Source of the DNA: a virus
Length of the DNA: 64,000 nt
IMG/VR virus record: IMGVR_UViG_3300020578_000011
Reading direction: 5' to 3' (one strand)
Below are positions 46,902 through 56,156 of the stretch, one piece after another. The notes under the pieces are model-generated. The model was given only the letters and a program-made list of their open reading frames with translations. It had not been told where the DNA came from and did no database searches. Within the stretch, counting starts at the first letter, position 1; every line of letters begins with the position of its first letter. Made by a program: the position numbers and the translations under genes.

Positions 46902-49409
46902 ATGACTATAAATAATAAATTAGATAATCGCCAATCGAGACAGAGAGCAGCATTAGATCAGGTTAGTAATGAGACAGATCTTCGTCTTGATACTATATTA
47001 AATCTTGTTAATGATGAACTAACTCCACCTCTAAGATTAAGAGCTGATATTCCAGGAACAAGATATGTTTACATAGATTCATATCAAGTACAAACCGCAG
47101 ATGGATCAAGTGGTCATAAAAGAAACAAATCAATACCACCCTTACAAGACAAGATTCCATCTTTCACTGGTGGAAACTTTCAATTGCCAAGCACAAGTGG
47201 TGGAAATATAACGGGTAGTGTTTTTCCAGTTGGTGTAACTTATACACTAAATATAACATCTGGTTTTTTTAGAAAAATGATTGTATCATTAGACTCTGAT
47301 GGTAAGATTGTTCTTTCTTTTGGAACAACGGAGTCTGTGACGGAAAGTTTAGCATCCATTCCGGCATCTGATTCTTCTACCTTTCCAATTGGAATTGTTG
47401 TTTTAAAAAATGAAGGTGGAACAATTAGAAATGTCTCTAGTGAACACATATATCAATTTACTGGAAACACTAATGCAGGCGCAGATGCAAATATAGTTAG
47501 AGTTAATAAATCAAATCATAATTTTGTAATTGGCGATGTTCTGTATTATAGCGGTTCTCAATATGAGAAAGCATTAGCTACTGTTTCTAACACATCTAAT
47601 GTTGTCGGAATGGTTTCTAAAATAGTAGATACTAATAATTTTGAATTAACAACCGATGGAAGGGTTGTTGGAAGCATACTAGCTGAAAATGCAGGAGTTG
47701 CATTGACTCCGGGTTCAAAATATTTTTTAAGCGATTCTACTGCAGGTAGGGTAACTACAACTGCTCCAACTGTTGTTGGAAGAATGAGGGTAGAGCTAGG
47801 TCAGGCACTTGGTGCAACTTCATTTGCAATATCTCCTAAACTTGGAATCGTTGTTGGAAGTGTTTATGACAGTCCAAATTTAAGAACACAAGTGAACTTA
47901 ACAGGTTCTTCGTCTGTTGAATCTACAACTGTTATTCAAAATGTAAGTGGATATGATGGAGGCGAATTAGTTGGATTTGTAACTTTAGACGCCAATACGG
48001 ATTATAAGTTTTATGTACAAGCTCAATTCATTAAAAATAGTTCAAATATTTATGACATGGCTCGTCAAGTAACGGGCGATACTCCTCCACTAGGTTTTTC
48101 TATAACCATCACACCCGCAGGTGTTATTCAAATAATACTTCCTACAATGGATGGATGGGTAAGTGGAAATATAGTTTATGCATTAAATGCACCCGCAATA
48201 GGAACAAGTTTTCCTTTAACAGTAAACACCTCTAATATAACAACTAATTATAGAGAAGTAACATCTGCATACTCGTTGACTATTAATGATTATATGGTTG
48301 TAGCATCCGGAAGCAGTACCTATTCTCTTACTCTTCCCATTATTTCTGGTTCGGGTGTTTCTTATATCATTAAATCAAACATGAATTCTGGTATTGGTTT
48401 AACAGTCAATAGAAGCGGAAGCGATACTTTTGGAGATGGGACCATATCTAAAGCCCTGTCAGCTGGAGAGGTTTTAAAGATAACAAGTAGTTCTAACAAA
48501 TGGATAATTACTGATTTTTCACAAGACATTGCTGCGGTGTCTAGTCCATCTTTAACTGGAGCAAAGATAACTGGATTAACCGCATCCAGAGCTGTTCAGG
48601 CGGATGCTAGTAAAAATTTAGTAAGTGCACCCTTTGCTCTTCCTGTTGGAGCAGGTTCTCTTTTACAGATTTTATCCTCTGGCGGAGATGGGACTTCTTC
48701 TTGGGTAACTCGTCCAAAAATAAGAACTCAGACTTTCACATCTAATGGAAATTGGACGTGTCCTGCTGGTGTTGATACTGTATTAGTTTTTGGATGCGGA
48801 GGAGGGGGAGGTGGAGGTGGAGCTCAGTCAAGTTCACAAGGTCCACAGGGAGGAGGAGGATCTGGTTTTCAATCATATATTTCCTCTACCATACCGGGTC
48901 AGCTCTACTCGATCATAATAGGGGTGGGGGGAAGTGGAGGTGGAGCTAGTGGTTTTAATGCTTCGTCTAATGGAGGTAACGGAGGATCTTCTTCATTTGG
49001 GTCTTCTGTTACTTTTCTAGGAGGAAAAGGTGGACGATATGTATTATGGATTCCAAATGGAACAGCAGGAGGAGGAGATGGCGGTGCTGGTTCTGATTGG
49101 GAGCCTATGTACAATGTAAGTTCATGGAACACTAGGGCTCAAGATGGGCAAAGAGGTTTTAATTCTGAAGGCGGTAGTGGTGGAGCAAATTATTCTTCGG
49201 CAAGCGGTGGCGGCGGCGGTGGCGGCTATACTGGAAGCGGTGGACATGGAGCTTATACCGTTTATACAGGATATCCTAATTATAATTATTTTTACTATCC
49301 AGCTACCAATGGAACCGGATACGGAAGCGGCGGAGGCGGTGGTGGAACTAATTATTCTACAGGCGGAAATGGCTCCTCTGGAATAGTAATAGTATGTTGG
49401 GTTGAATAA
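46902..49409 (+). CDS. Tail fibre/adhesin with Gly-rich C-terminal domain
   Basis: TFTSNGNWTCPAGV..V..CGGGGGG...GGNGSSGIVIV. Confidence 0.75.
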   Translation: MTINNKLDNRQSRQRAALDQVSNETDLRLDTILNLVNDELTPPLRLRADIPGTRYVYIDSYQVQTADGSSGHKRNKSIPPLQDKIPSFTGGNFQLPSTSGGNITGSVFPVGVTYTLNITSGFFRKMIVSLDSDGKIVLSFGTTESVTESLASIPASDSSTFPIGIVVLKNEGGTIRNVSSEHIYQFTGNTNAGADANIVRVNKSNHNFVIGDVLYYSGSQYEKALATVSNTSNVVGMVSKIVDTNNFELTTDGRVVGSILAENAGVALTPGSKYFLSDSTAGRVTTTAPTVVGRMRVELGQALGATSFAISPKLGIVVGSVYDSPNLRTQVNLTGSSSVESTTVIQNVSGYDGGELVGFVTLDANTDYKFYVQAQFIKNSSNIYDMARQVTGDTPPLGFSITITPAGVIQIILPTMDGWVSGNIVYALNAPAIGTSFPLTVNTSNITTNYREVTSAYSLTINDYMVVASGSSTYSLTLPIISGSGVSYIIKSNMNSGIGLTVNRSGSDTFGDGTISKALSAGEVLKITSSSNKWIITDFSQDIAAVSSPSLTGAKITGLTASRAVQADASKNLVSAPFALPVGAGSLLQILSSGGDGTSSWVTRPKIRTQTFTSNGNWTCPAGVDTVLVFGCGGGGGGGGAQSSSQGPQGGGGSGFQSYISSTIPGQLYSIIIGVGGSGGGASGFNASSNGGNGGSSSFGSSVTFLGGKGGRYVLWIPNGTAGGGDGGAGSDWEPMYNVSSWNTRAQDGQRGFNSEGGSGGANYSSASGGGGGGGYTGSGGHGAYTVYTGYPNYNYFYYPATNGTGYGSGGGGGGTNYSTGGNGSSGIVIVCWVE

Positions 49410-49420
49410 GGAGAAATAAA

Positions 49421-50074
49421 ATGGCAGATAAATCTTTATTAGGTAGTTATAGCGATCCAACTGGTACATATACTTTTACGGGTCTTGGTCTTGTTCCAAT
49501 TGGAACAATTTTGGCTATTGGTGATGCGGGAGCATGGGCGTTGCCGGCGAATGGTGCAATCAAAGATGGCTATGCACTATGCAATGGTCAAGAAAAACCC
49601 GCAGGAAGTGCGGCTGGGCTTGCGGCAAACTTGCCCAACTTAACCGACGATCGTTTTTTGCATGGATCAACGGCTATAGGAGGCACGGGCGGTTCCACGT
49701 CAAAAACGACCACGGGAATTGCCGCAAGTTTCGATAAAAACGTAATGAATACGAATCAAAACGCACATTTTCATAAATTGCCGTTCTGGGGATACACAAA
49801 CGAGAGTGGTACGTTTGGTCAACTAAACTTTACTATGAATACAAACCAAAATGGTCGTGGATATTATGGTGAAACTAATGTTGGTGGAAGTGCGGGTGCT
49901 ATTGCATCTACTTCTTCTGTTATTATCACACCTGCTAATGTAACTAATGTTAACTCGTCATCAGAATCAATTACATGGAACTCAGCCACCGTAACTACGA
50001 CAATTACGCAAGGTACAATCGCCGATATTCGTCCCAACTATTTCAATGTTGTTTATGTCATGCGGGTTGCATAA
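49421..50074 (+). CDS. Tail collar domain protein
   Basis: PIGTILA...GYALCNGQ...LPNLTDDRFLHG...IRPNYFNVVYVMRV. Confidence 0.8.
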   Translation: MADKSLLGSYSDPTGTYTFTGLGLVPIGTILAIGDAGAWALPANGAIKDGYALCNGQEKPAGSAAGLAANLPNLTDDRFLHGSTAIGGTGGSTSKTTTGIAASFDKNVMNTNQNAHFHKLPFWGYTNESGTFGQLNFTMNTNQNGRGYYGETNVGGSAGAIASTSSVIITPANVTNVNSSSESITWNSATVTTTITQGTIADIRPNYFNVVYVMRVA

Positions 50075-50310
50075 TGGAATATAAAATTAAGTTTAAGCAT
50101 ATGACATCTTGGTTTTGGAAAAAAATACAAGCAGCTGGTCATTCTTATAATAAAGAAATTGATAAGTTAATTATCTTTAAAAAAGATGGATCTATTGAAG
50201 AGATACCAGAATGGTCTAAATGCTATGTGAAACTTGATACTGATTTTATCTTAGCTCAAAAAAAGGATATGGAAAAAGAATCTGGCATTGATATTAAATT
50301 AAATGTTTAA
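50074..50310 (+). CDS. Hypothetical protein
   Basis: TAATG coupling with the upstream gene (start corrected from 49975). Confidence 0.7.
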   Translation: MEYKIKFKHMTSWFWKKIQAAGHSYNKEIDKLIIFKKDGSIEEIPEWSKCYVKLDTDFILAQKKDMEKESGIDIKLNV

Positions 50311-50375
50311 TTATTTACAATATGTTTAATGTGTTTATTTGTTAGTATAACAATACTAATCAATGGAGAACTTTC

Positions 50376-50489
50376 ATGAGTAATATTATAGTCAAAGATA
50401 CAACAACTGCTGTTTCTAATATACTTGAAACAATCAGACCCATGTCTGTGATTAAAAAAGAAGATCAACAGTTTTTAGTTGCTCAGTAG
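50376..50489 (+). CDS. 37-aa hypothetical peptide
   Basis: GGAG RBS and upstream TATAAC; hand-translated MSNIIVKDTT... Confidence 0.4.
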   Translation: MSNIIVKDTTTAVSNILETIRPMSVIKKEDQQFLVAQ

Positions 50490-50884
50490 CTTTTTAACAA
50501 TCCCCAAGTTATATCAATATACAGATTTTCTTCTATATTGTTTTTTTCAACATAATCTCTTCCCCAGATTATATTTATGCCTTTAAGTCTCATATCATAT
50601 ATTATTTCTGATTCTGTAAAATCTAAAACCATCTTAGATTCATAATCAATCACATGTAGTCTTCTTTCAAGATCTTTGCAAAACTCATATATCCCTTGTC
50701 TAATTATCCAAAGACTGTTTGGTTGTATTCTGTTACTTTTTATTAAAAGATCGTTTATATGATTTATTGTTTGATATATATGACTTTCAATATCTTCATT
50801 TTTAGTATTTTCTTTAGCGATTTTATTTCTTTCCATCTTTCTTTTTATCATTCTATTTACAGAGTCTCTGCTTGTCCAACTCAT
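50483..50884 (-). CDS. Hypothetical protein in the replication operon
   Basis: ATGA overlap with the helicase gene. Confidence 0.7.
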   Translation of the reverse strand: MSWTSRDSVNRMIKRKMERNKIAKENTKNEDIESHIYQTINHINDLLIKSNRIQPNSLWIIRQGIYEFCKDLERRLHVIDYESKMVLDFTESEIIYDMRLKGINIIWGRDYVEKNNIEENLYIDITWGLLKSY

Positions 50885-51957
50885 ATAATATCCTCTGTGT
50901 TTGATATTTTATCTTCAATACTTGAAGTTAATTCTTTTAACTTATCTAGATTCATCTTATCTCGAAGATCCTTTAACTCTTCCTTTGTAACATGTGAGAA
51001 CATGCCGTTCTCGTATTTACATGATATAGTAACTTCATTCTTAAAGAATCGACCTTTTGCAAGATAGAAATTAGAAACAGGCATACCTTTGACCTTTATT
51101 ACTTCTATGACAGCTGCTGCTGCTTCATATAGACCTCTTGCCCATTTAACACGTTGTTCAAAGTTTCTTTCGGTCTCGTCTGAATTTAATGGAACCAATT
51201 GTGTCATCAATACTACGGGTGTTTTTGCATGTTGTGCGTAATCAGTTATCATGTCTTTAAAATTATATAAAGCCATAGTTCTTTCTATAGTTGGATTTTT
51301 AACTGATTTAACAATTCGTTGAGCAAAATCTATAACTATACAAGAATACGAACCGGACCTATCTATTTCATGCAATAGTTTTTCTATTGCTTCTATTGTC
51401 GTAGATCCAACAGGATCATCTGCAATAGTTATATTTGGTTCTATTTTTATAATTTCCATAGCTACCATTTTGCGAATAGATGCTGGCAACTTATCTTGAA
51501 CATATTGATTAAAATCAATACCTAATTCTGCACATGCAATTCGTGCATATATTTTTGCAGCTGTCTCTTCGTTTGAGATTACGAATGTTTTCTTTCCCTG
51601 CTTCATCAAGGCGTGCGCAATCGCTGCTGTTGTTGTTGATTTACCAGTACCAGATGCTGCACCTATTAAATACAAAGCACCGGGACATAATGGACAAACT
51701 GCTGACAAAGTTGGATTAATAAAAGTTACACTCTGCCTAATTAGAGCAGCGTCTCTCTCTAGAACGCCGATCATCTTTTTCGCATGTTCAGCACCTTTAT
51801 TTGCCTCTATCTCTGAGAGAGAAAAATCTCTCAATCTTTTATTTCTCTTCTCTGCTTCTTCAAATTTATTTACTTCAGCTTCTATTTTAGCTTGTTTAAT
51901 TTTTTGTTCTTTTTCATATAACTCAGCACGAGACATTAGTTTAACAGCATCAGTCAT
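50881..51957 (-). CDS. DnaB-like replicative helicase
   Basis: Walker A GAASGTGKS; ISNEE; IVIDFAQ; VLMTQL. Confidence 0.8.
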   Translation of the reverse strand: MTDAVKLMSRAELYEKEQKIKQAKIEAEVNKFEEAEKRNKRLRDFSLSEIEANKGAEHAKKMIGVLERDAALIRQSVTFINPTLSAVCPLCPGALYLIGAASGTGKSTTTAAIAHALMKQGKKTFVISNEETAAKIYARIACAELGIDFNQYVQDKLPASIRKMVAMEIIKIEPNITIADDPVGSTTIEAIEKLLHEIDRSGSYSCIVIDFAQRIVKSVKNPTIERTMALYNFKDMITDYAQHAKTPVVLMTQLVPLNSDETERNFEQRVKWARGLYEAAAAVIEVIKVKGMPVSNFYLAKGRFFKNEVTISCKYENGMFSHVTKEELKDLRDKMNLDKLKELTSSIEDKISNTEDII

Positions 51958-52870
51958 TGTTGTCTCCCGTCAACTTCTTAAACTCGCGCATTATAGACTC
52001 AATAGCTGAATCTTCTGACAACATTGATATCGCGGCATCCAAAGATAATTCTCCGTTCTTCTGAGGCTGTCTCTGTGATTCTTTTGATGCTTTCTTCTCA
52101 GGAGCATGTTTGATTTCTACGGGTGTTAACACGGCCATCGCAATTTCATAATCATCTGTTGCGAGTTTTACCGCAATGTCCTTACTCTTAGGTCCTATCC
52201 AAGGAGATAGGGCATCTTCTCTAAATTTTCTAGGAAGATCGTTCTCTCCATATCCATGTGTGCGAATTGTTTCTAATAAATCTTCTAACAAAGATCTTCT
52301 TAAGTCAAAAGGTGGTCGCGGCGGAAGATTTGATTTCCAAGAAGCTAAAATCGCCCTAATTGACGGTTTGTCTTCTTTTGAATTTTTATTTTCTTCTCTC
52401 TCCTCTCTATTCTTATTCTCTTTATTCTTATTAGAGGCTGCTTTTTCAGCCCAGTACTGGGCGTCTTTTTCATCCCTGTACTGGGCTGCTTTTTCAGCCC
52501 ACTGAAAATTATTAGACTTTTTATCATCTCCTAGCATCTCTAAAATCTTAGAGTCTTGAATATAATAGAAATTTTTTGAAGGAAGACCTTTTTTCACTAT
52601 ATGAACAAGATTCATGGTCTGAAGTAGTTTGGTAGCTTGCTGTCTCATTTCCTTAGATAGATTAAGATCCATTTCTATTTGATCAGAAAGAACAAAAAAA
52701 CCGCCATCTGAATCTAATTCATTATGGTTTTTAAAATAGTCTCTTCTTGAAAGAAGATCGGCTAATAAAAGAGCTGCGTCATTACTTTTTAATAATTTTG
52801 CTATTTTTTTATTAACCATCCAAAAAGCACCTTGATTTAAGGTGCTTGTTACAATATTAAAATCAATCAT
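51950..52870 (-). CDS. Replication initiator (lambda O/replisome-organiser-like)
   Basis: N-terminal wHTH-like region (..KKGLPSKNFY), central repeat plus NKNKENKN linker, upstream of the helicase. Confidence 0.75.
   Translation of the reverse strand: MIDFNIVTSTLNQGAFWMVNKKIAKLLKSNDAALLLADLLSRRDYFKNHNELDSDGGFFVLSDQIEMDLNLSKEMRQQATKLLQTMNLVHIVKKGLPSKNFYYIQDSKILEMLGDDKKSNNFQWAEKAAQYRDEKDAQYWAEKAASNKNKENKNREEREENKNSKEDKPSIRAILASWKSNLPPRPPFDLRRSLLEDLLETIRTHGYGENDLPRKFREDALSPWIGPKSKDIAVKLATDDYEIAMAVLTPVEIKHAPEKKASKESQRQPQKNGELSLDAAISMLSEDSAIESIMREFKKLTGDNND
52437..52508. repeat. Three 24-bp iterons, probable replication origin
   Basis: GCTGCTTTTTCAGCCCAGTACTGG / GCGTCTTTTTCATCCCTGTACTGG / GCTGCTTTTTCAGCCCACTGAAAA next to a pyrimidine tract at 52370-52432. 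Confidence 0.75.
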
Positions 52871-52878
52871 AAAAACCT

Positions 52879-53766
52879 CTATGATCTTTTAACTTTTTCT
52901 AAAAAGAATTTAGCTAATTCTTCTTCGCCATTTTTTAAAAGATCGTTCCAATCTTTGTTATCTTCATCAATTAAAGCATAATGAGTACAGCAATTTTTAT
53001 TTCTCATTTTATCAAGCATTTTAAAACCAGCTTGATCACTATCGGGTGCGGCAATTACCTTATAACCAAGGTTTATAAGTTCTTTAAGTTTATCTGATTG
53101 ATGTTCACTTAATCCAGAGCCACTTGTAGCTATACATTTAAAAGGATTTTTTAAAAAACCACCATATAATTGGTTTAATGACTGCTGAAGACTTATTGAA
53201 TTAAAAGCACCTTCGGTGATAACTATAGCTTTTATATTTGACAAAAACTGTCCTTGATTCCAACCATAAAAAAGATAACCGAGTCTTGTGCCTGGTAATG
53301 TTGTTATTTTTACCTCACTACCATCTTCCATTGTCCATGGAGATATTAAACGTATTTGTGCGCCTACAAAAGTGTTTTCATAATAATATGGAAAAACTAT
53401 TCCATTCCATTCTTTATCATAATAAAGATCATTTGTAGGTTTAATTTTTCTCTTATTAAGATAAATTAAACCGTCATTTGATGACGGATCTGATAGACTA
53501 ACAAATCTTTTTGGCCACGAAATAGCATTAACTTCGTTGTTGCCAGCTTCTTCGAAATTTAGATCTGCTTTTAATAGCTCTGATAAAGAAACGCCAGAAA
53601 CATGACAATACTCAAATATAGAGTAGCCTCTTTGACATACGCCTTGACACCACACCCATATTTCTTGAGTGTCTTTGTCTTTATGCCAATAAAGAGTTCT
53701 GTTGGCGTTTTTCTTATGAGCCTTGCAGATCAGACATATTCGTCCGAGTCTTGCAAGATTTTCCAT
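52879..53766 (-). CDS. DNA primase (Zn finger + TOPRIM)
   Basis: CLIC...CQGVC; ITEGAFN; APDSDQAG. Confidence 0.85.
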   Translation of the reverse strand: MENLARLGRICLICKAHKKNANRTLYWHKDKDTQEIWVWCQGVCQRGYSIFEYCHVSGVSLSELLKADLNFEEAGNNEVNAISWPKRFVSLSDPSSNDGLIYLNKRKIKPTNDLYYDKEWNGIVFPYYYENTFVGAQIRLISPWTMEDGSEVKITTLPGTRLGYLFYGWNQGQFLSNIKAIVITEGAFNSISLQQSLNQLYGGFLKNPFKCIATSGSGLSEHQSDKLKELINLGYKVIAAPDSDQAGFKMLDKMRNKNCCTHYALIDEDNKDWNDLLKNGEEELAKFFLEKVKRS

Positions 53767-53960
53767 TATTTATTCTCTTCTTGAGTCTGAGAGATTTCTT
53801 CTTGCTTGCCTGTTTTTAGATTTGTAATTAAGATTCGAACACATCCAGTGTTTTTGTCCATAGCTTGAAGTTCGATTTTATATTCATCGCCAATGAAAAA
53901 TGGACGACGCTTACTTAGCCACCAGTACATTGCGGTTTCTATTTTACGATCTGTAGACAT
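53766..53960 (-). CDS. Hypothetical protein
   Basis: GGAGG RBS; TAATG coupling to the primase gene. Confidence 0.75.
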   Translation of the reverse strand: MSTDRKIETAMYWWLSKRRPFFIGDEYKIELQAMDKNTGCVRILITNLKTGKQEEISQTQEENK

Positions 53961-54015
53961 TTCGTATAACCTCCATTATAAAAACATAATTAAATTATAC
54001 CACGAGATTTAATCC

Positions 54016-55419
54016 ATGAGAATAGAAATCCTTAATCATGTAATAAGGATAGACGATCCAGATAAAGAAATAGAATCGGATTTAATTAAAAAATTAACCT
54101 ATACAGATAAGTCAAAACAATATCAAATAAAAAAAATGCAAAAAAATCCATTTTCAATAAAATCTAAACTTTATCAAAAGTTAATAAATGAAGTTAATGG
54201 ATCTTTAATTGAAAAAGTTGATAATACTATTTTTGTCCCATCTGGTTTTGCTAAATATGTTATTGACTTAGTATCTAAAATTAAATCTGTTGAAATTATT
54301 GATTCAAGATACGAAACAGGTTCAAACATTGCCCTACCGTGGGCAAGTGGTTCTTATTTACTTGAATTGAGAGATTATCAAAAAGAAGCCATCGACATAG
54401 CAGTATCAAATTGGCGAGGCATAATAAACTTTGCAACAGGTCTTGGAAAAACTAAAACAGCAATATCTTTAATACGAACACTAAAAAAAAAGACACTTAT
54501 AATATGTCCATCAAACTCTGTTGCAAATCAATTTAAAGACGAATTAATTCTTGCATTTGGTCAGAATAGAATTGGTTTTATAGGCGATAGTAAATTTAAA
54601 CCTTCAGATATAACCGTATGTATAGCTGCATCTGCTAATAATCACATAGATAAAATAAAGAAATTTGATTTAGGTTTAGTTATATTTGACGAATGTCATC
54701 ATTGTCCTGCCAATACCTTTTATTCTATATCACAGGGATTGTCGCATGTTGGACGTATGTACGGATTAACTGCCACTTCTTTTAGATCTGATGGTAAAGA
54801 TGTCATGATAACAGCAGATTGTGGAGACATATTGGTTAAAAGAGATGCAGCATGGGGAATTGCAAATAACTGGTTAGCTCAACCATATTTTATAGTTAGA
54901 AAAGTAAATACAACAGGTTTTGATTTTAAAGATGACAAATTAAAATCATATAAAAATCATGTTTTAAATTCAAAAGAAATGACATCAAGAATAGAATCAG
55001 ATGCTAAAAACTTTATACAAGCAAACAAATCAGTACTTATATTAGTAGATGAGGTTGAGCATGGAGAATCTTTATCAAAAGCTCTAAAAATTCCTTTTGC
55101 TCAAGGTGAAGATAAACAATCAAATGAATATGTCGATCAATTAAACAAAGGTCTTATTCCTGGTCTTGTTGGAACAGATGGAAAAATATCAGAAGGAACA
55201 GATACTAGAAATGTAGATATTCTTATATTAGCTAATTTTAGTGCATCTAAAGGAGCCGTTTTACAAGCCGTAGGTAGAGGTCTGAGAAAAACAGATACAA
55301 AAAATCATGTTATAATTTTAGATTATATCCCAGCTGGATCTACTATGTTAAGTAGACATGCTAATCAACGTATTTCTTTTTATCAAGAAATTACGTCTAA
55401 TATAAAATTGGTAGAATAA
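54016..55419 (+). CDS. Superfamily 2 DNA helicase (UvsW-like)
   Basis: LRDYQ; ATGLGKT; DECHH; GLTAT; QAVGRGLR. Confidence 0.9.
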   Translation: MRIEILNHVIRIDDPDKEIESDLIKKLTYTDKSKQYQIKKMQKNPFSIKSKLYQKLINEVNGSLIEKVDNTIFVPSGFAKYVIDLVSKIKSVEIIDSRYETGSNIALPWASGSYLLELRDYQKEAIDIAVSNWRGIINFATGLGKTKTAISLIRTLKKKTLIICPSNSVANQFKDELILAFGQNRIGFIGDSKFKPSDITVCIAASANNHIDKIKKFDLGLVIFDECHHCPANTFYSISQGLSHVGRMYGLTATSFRSDGKDVMITADCGDILVKRDAAWGIANNWLAQPYFIVRKVNTTGFDFKDDKLKSYKNHVLNSKEMTSRIESDAKNFIQANKSVLILVDEVEHGESLSKALKIPFAQGEDKQSNEYVDQLNKGLIPGLVGTDGKISEGTDTRNVDILILANFSASKGAVLQAVGRGLRKTDTKNHVIILDYIPAGSTMLSRHANQRISFYQEITSNIKLVE

Positions 55420-55430
55420 CATTTATCAAG

Positions 55431-55680
55431 ATACATCCCTCTTGGTGGCTTCCGTCGTCTTGGAGCTAGAAAAAAATGTTAGAGACATGGGGCATCGGTG
55501 CTCCAATGAAAGCTGATAGGTTATGTGTGTTCTGGTCTTTTCATCGCAAGATCCGTTGGCTTGGATATGTTTTAGGACCTTGTTATGGGTTTGGTCAGGC
55601 TTAAAAGCGGACCTCAGACGCAGCAACCGAGCACAAATAGAAAAGACGTGCACACAAGGGTAAGTGTATAAAATGCCCAT
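55431..55680 (+). ncRNA. Candidate structured non-coding RNA
   Basis: 46% GC by hand count (55441-55680) in an AT-rich context; 5'/3' ends complementary; internal stems and a possible pseudoknot. Confidence 0.5.
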
Positions 55681-55703
55681 TATATTTACTTAGGAGATTT
55701 TAA

Positions 55704-56132
55704 ATGAATCCAGAAAACAAATGTGCTAAACTTTGGAATCAAGAAGTCCCTAAATTAGAACACGATCAACAATCTTTAAATAAGATTTTTGAAATGCAAA
55801 AATCTCTACAACTTCGTCTTGGTCAAGATTTTTCTAAAATGACTCTTCATGAAAAAGTATCTTTAATAAAGGACAATTGGACTTCTTTAACATCAGAATA
55901 TGTTGAATTATTAGAACGTCTTCCATGGAAAGCATGGAAAAAATACTCTGATGAACAAAAAACAGATTGGATTTCCGAAGAACAAAAATTAGAAACATAT
56001 TATGAAGTATGCGATATGATGCATTTTATGATAAATATTTGTTTATTAGTAGGCGTAGATGCAGATACAATGTGGAAGCTTTACTATACAAAGAATGCAG
56101 AAAATTTTGCTAGACAAGACAGAGGTTATTAA
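55704..56132 (+). CDS. Dimeric dUTPase/dCTPase (all-alpha NTP pyrophosphatase)
   Basis: EYVELLERLPWKAWK; EVCDMMHF; KNAENFARQDRGY. Confidence 0.85.
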   Translation: MNPENKCAKLWNQEVPKLEHDQQSLNKIFEMQKSLQLRLGQDFSKMTLHEKVSLIKDNWTSLTSEYVELLERLPWKAWKKYSDEQKTDWISEEQKLETYYEVCDMMHFMINICLLVGVDADTMWKLYYTKNAENFARQDRGY

Positions 56133-56156
56133 TTTTTACTTTATTGAGGTAAATGA

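Noticed and set aside
44241-50074. Diversity-generating retroelement or invertible fibre cassette
   Set aside because: No reverse transcriptase or invertase; the repeats are in-frame coding duplications without an adenine-specific mismatch pattern that I could see.
55426-55680. 84-aa minus-strand ORF
   Set aside because: Opposes the operon and has no clear RBS; base-pairing explains the segment better, though it is not excluded.
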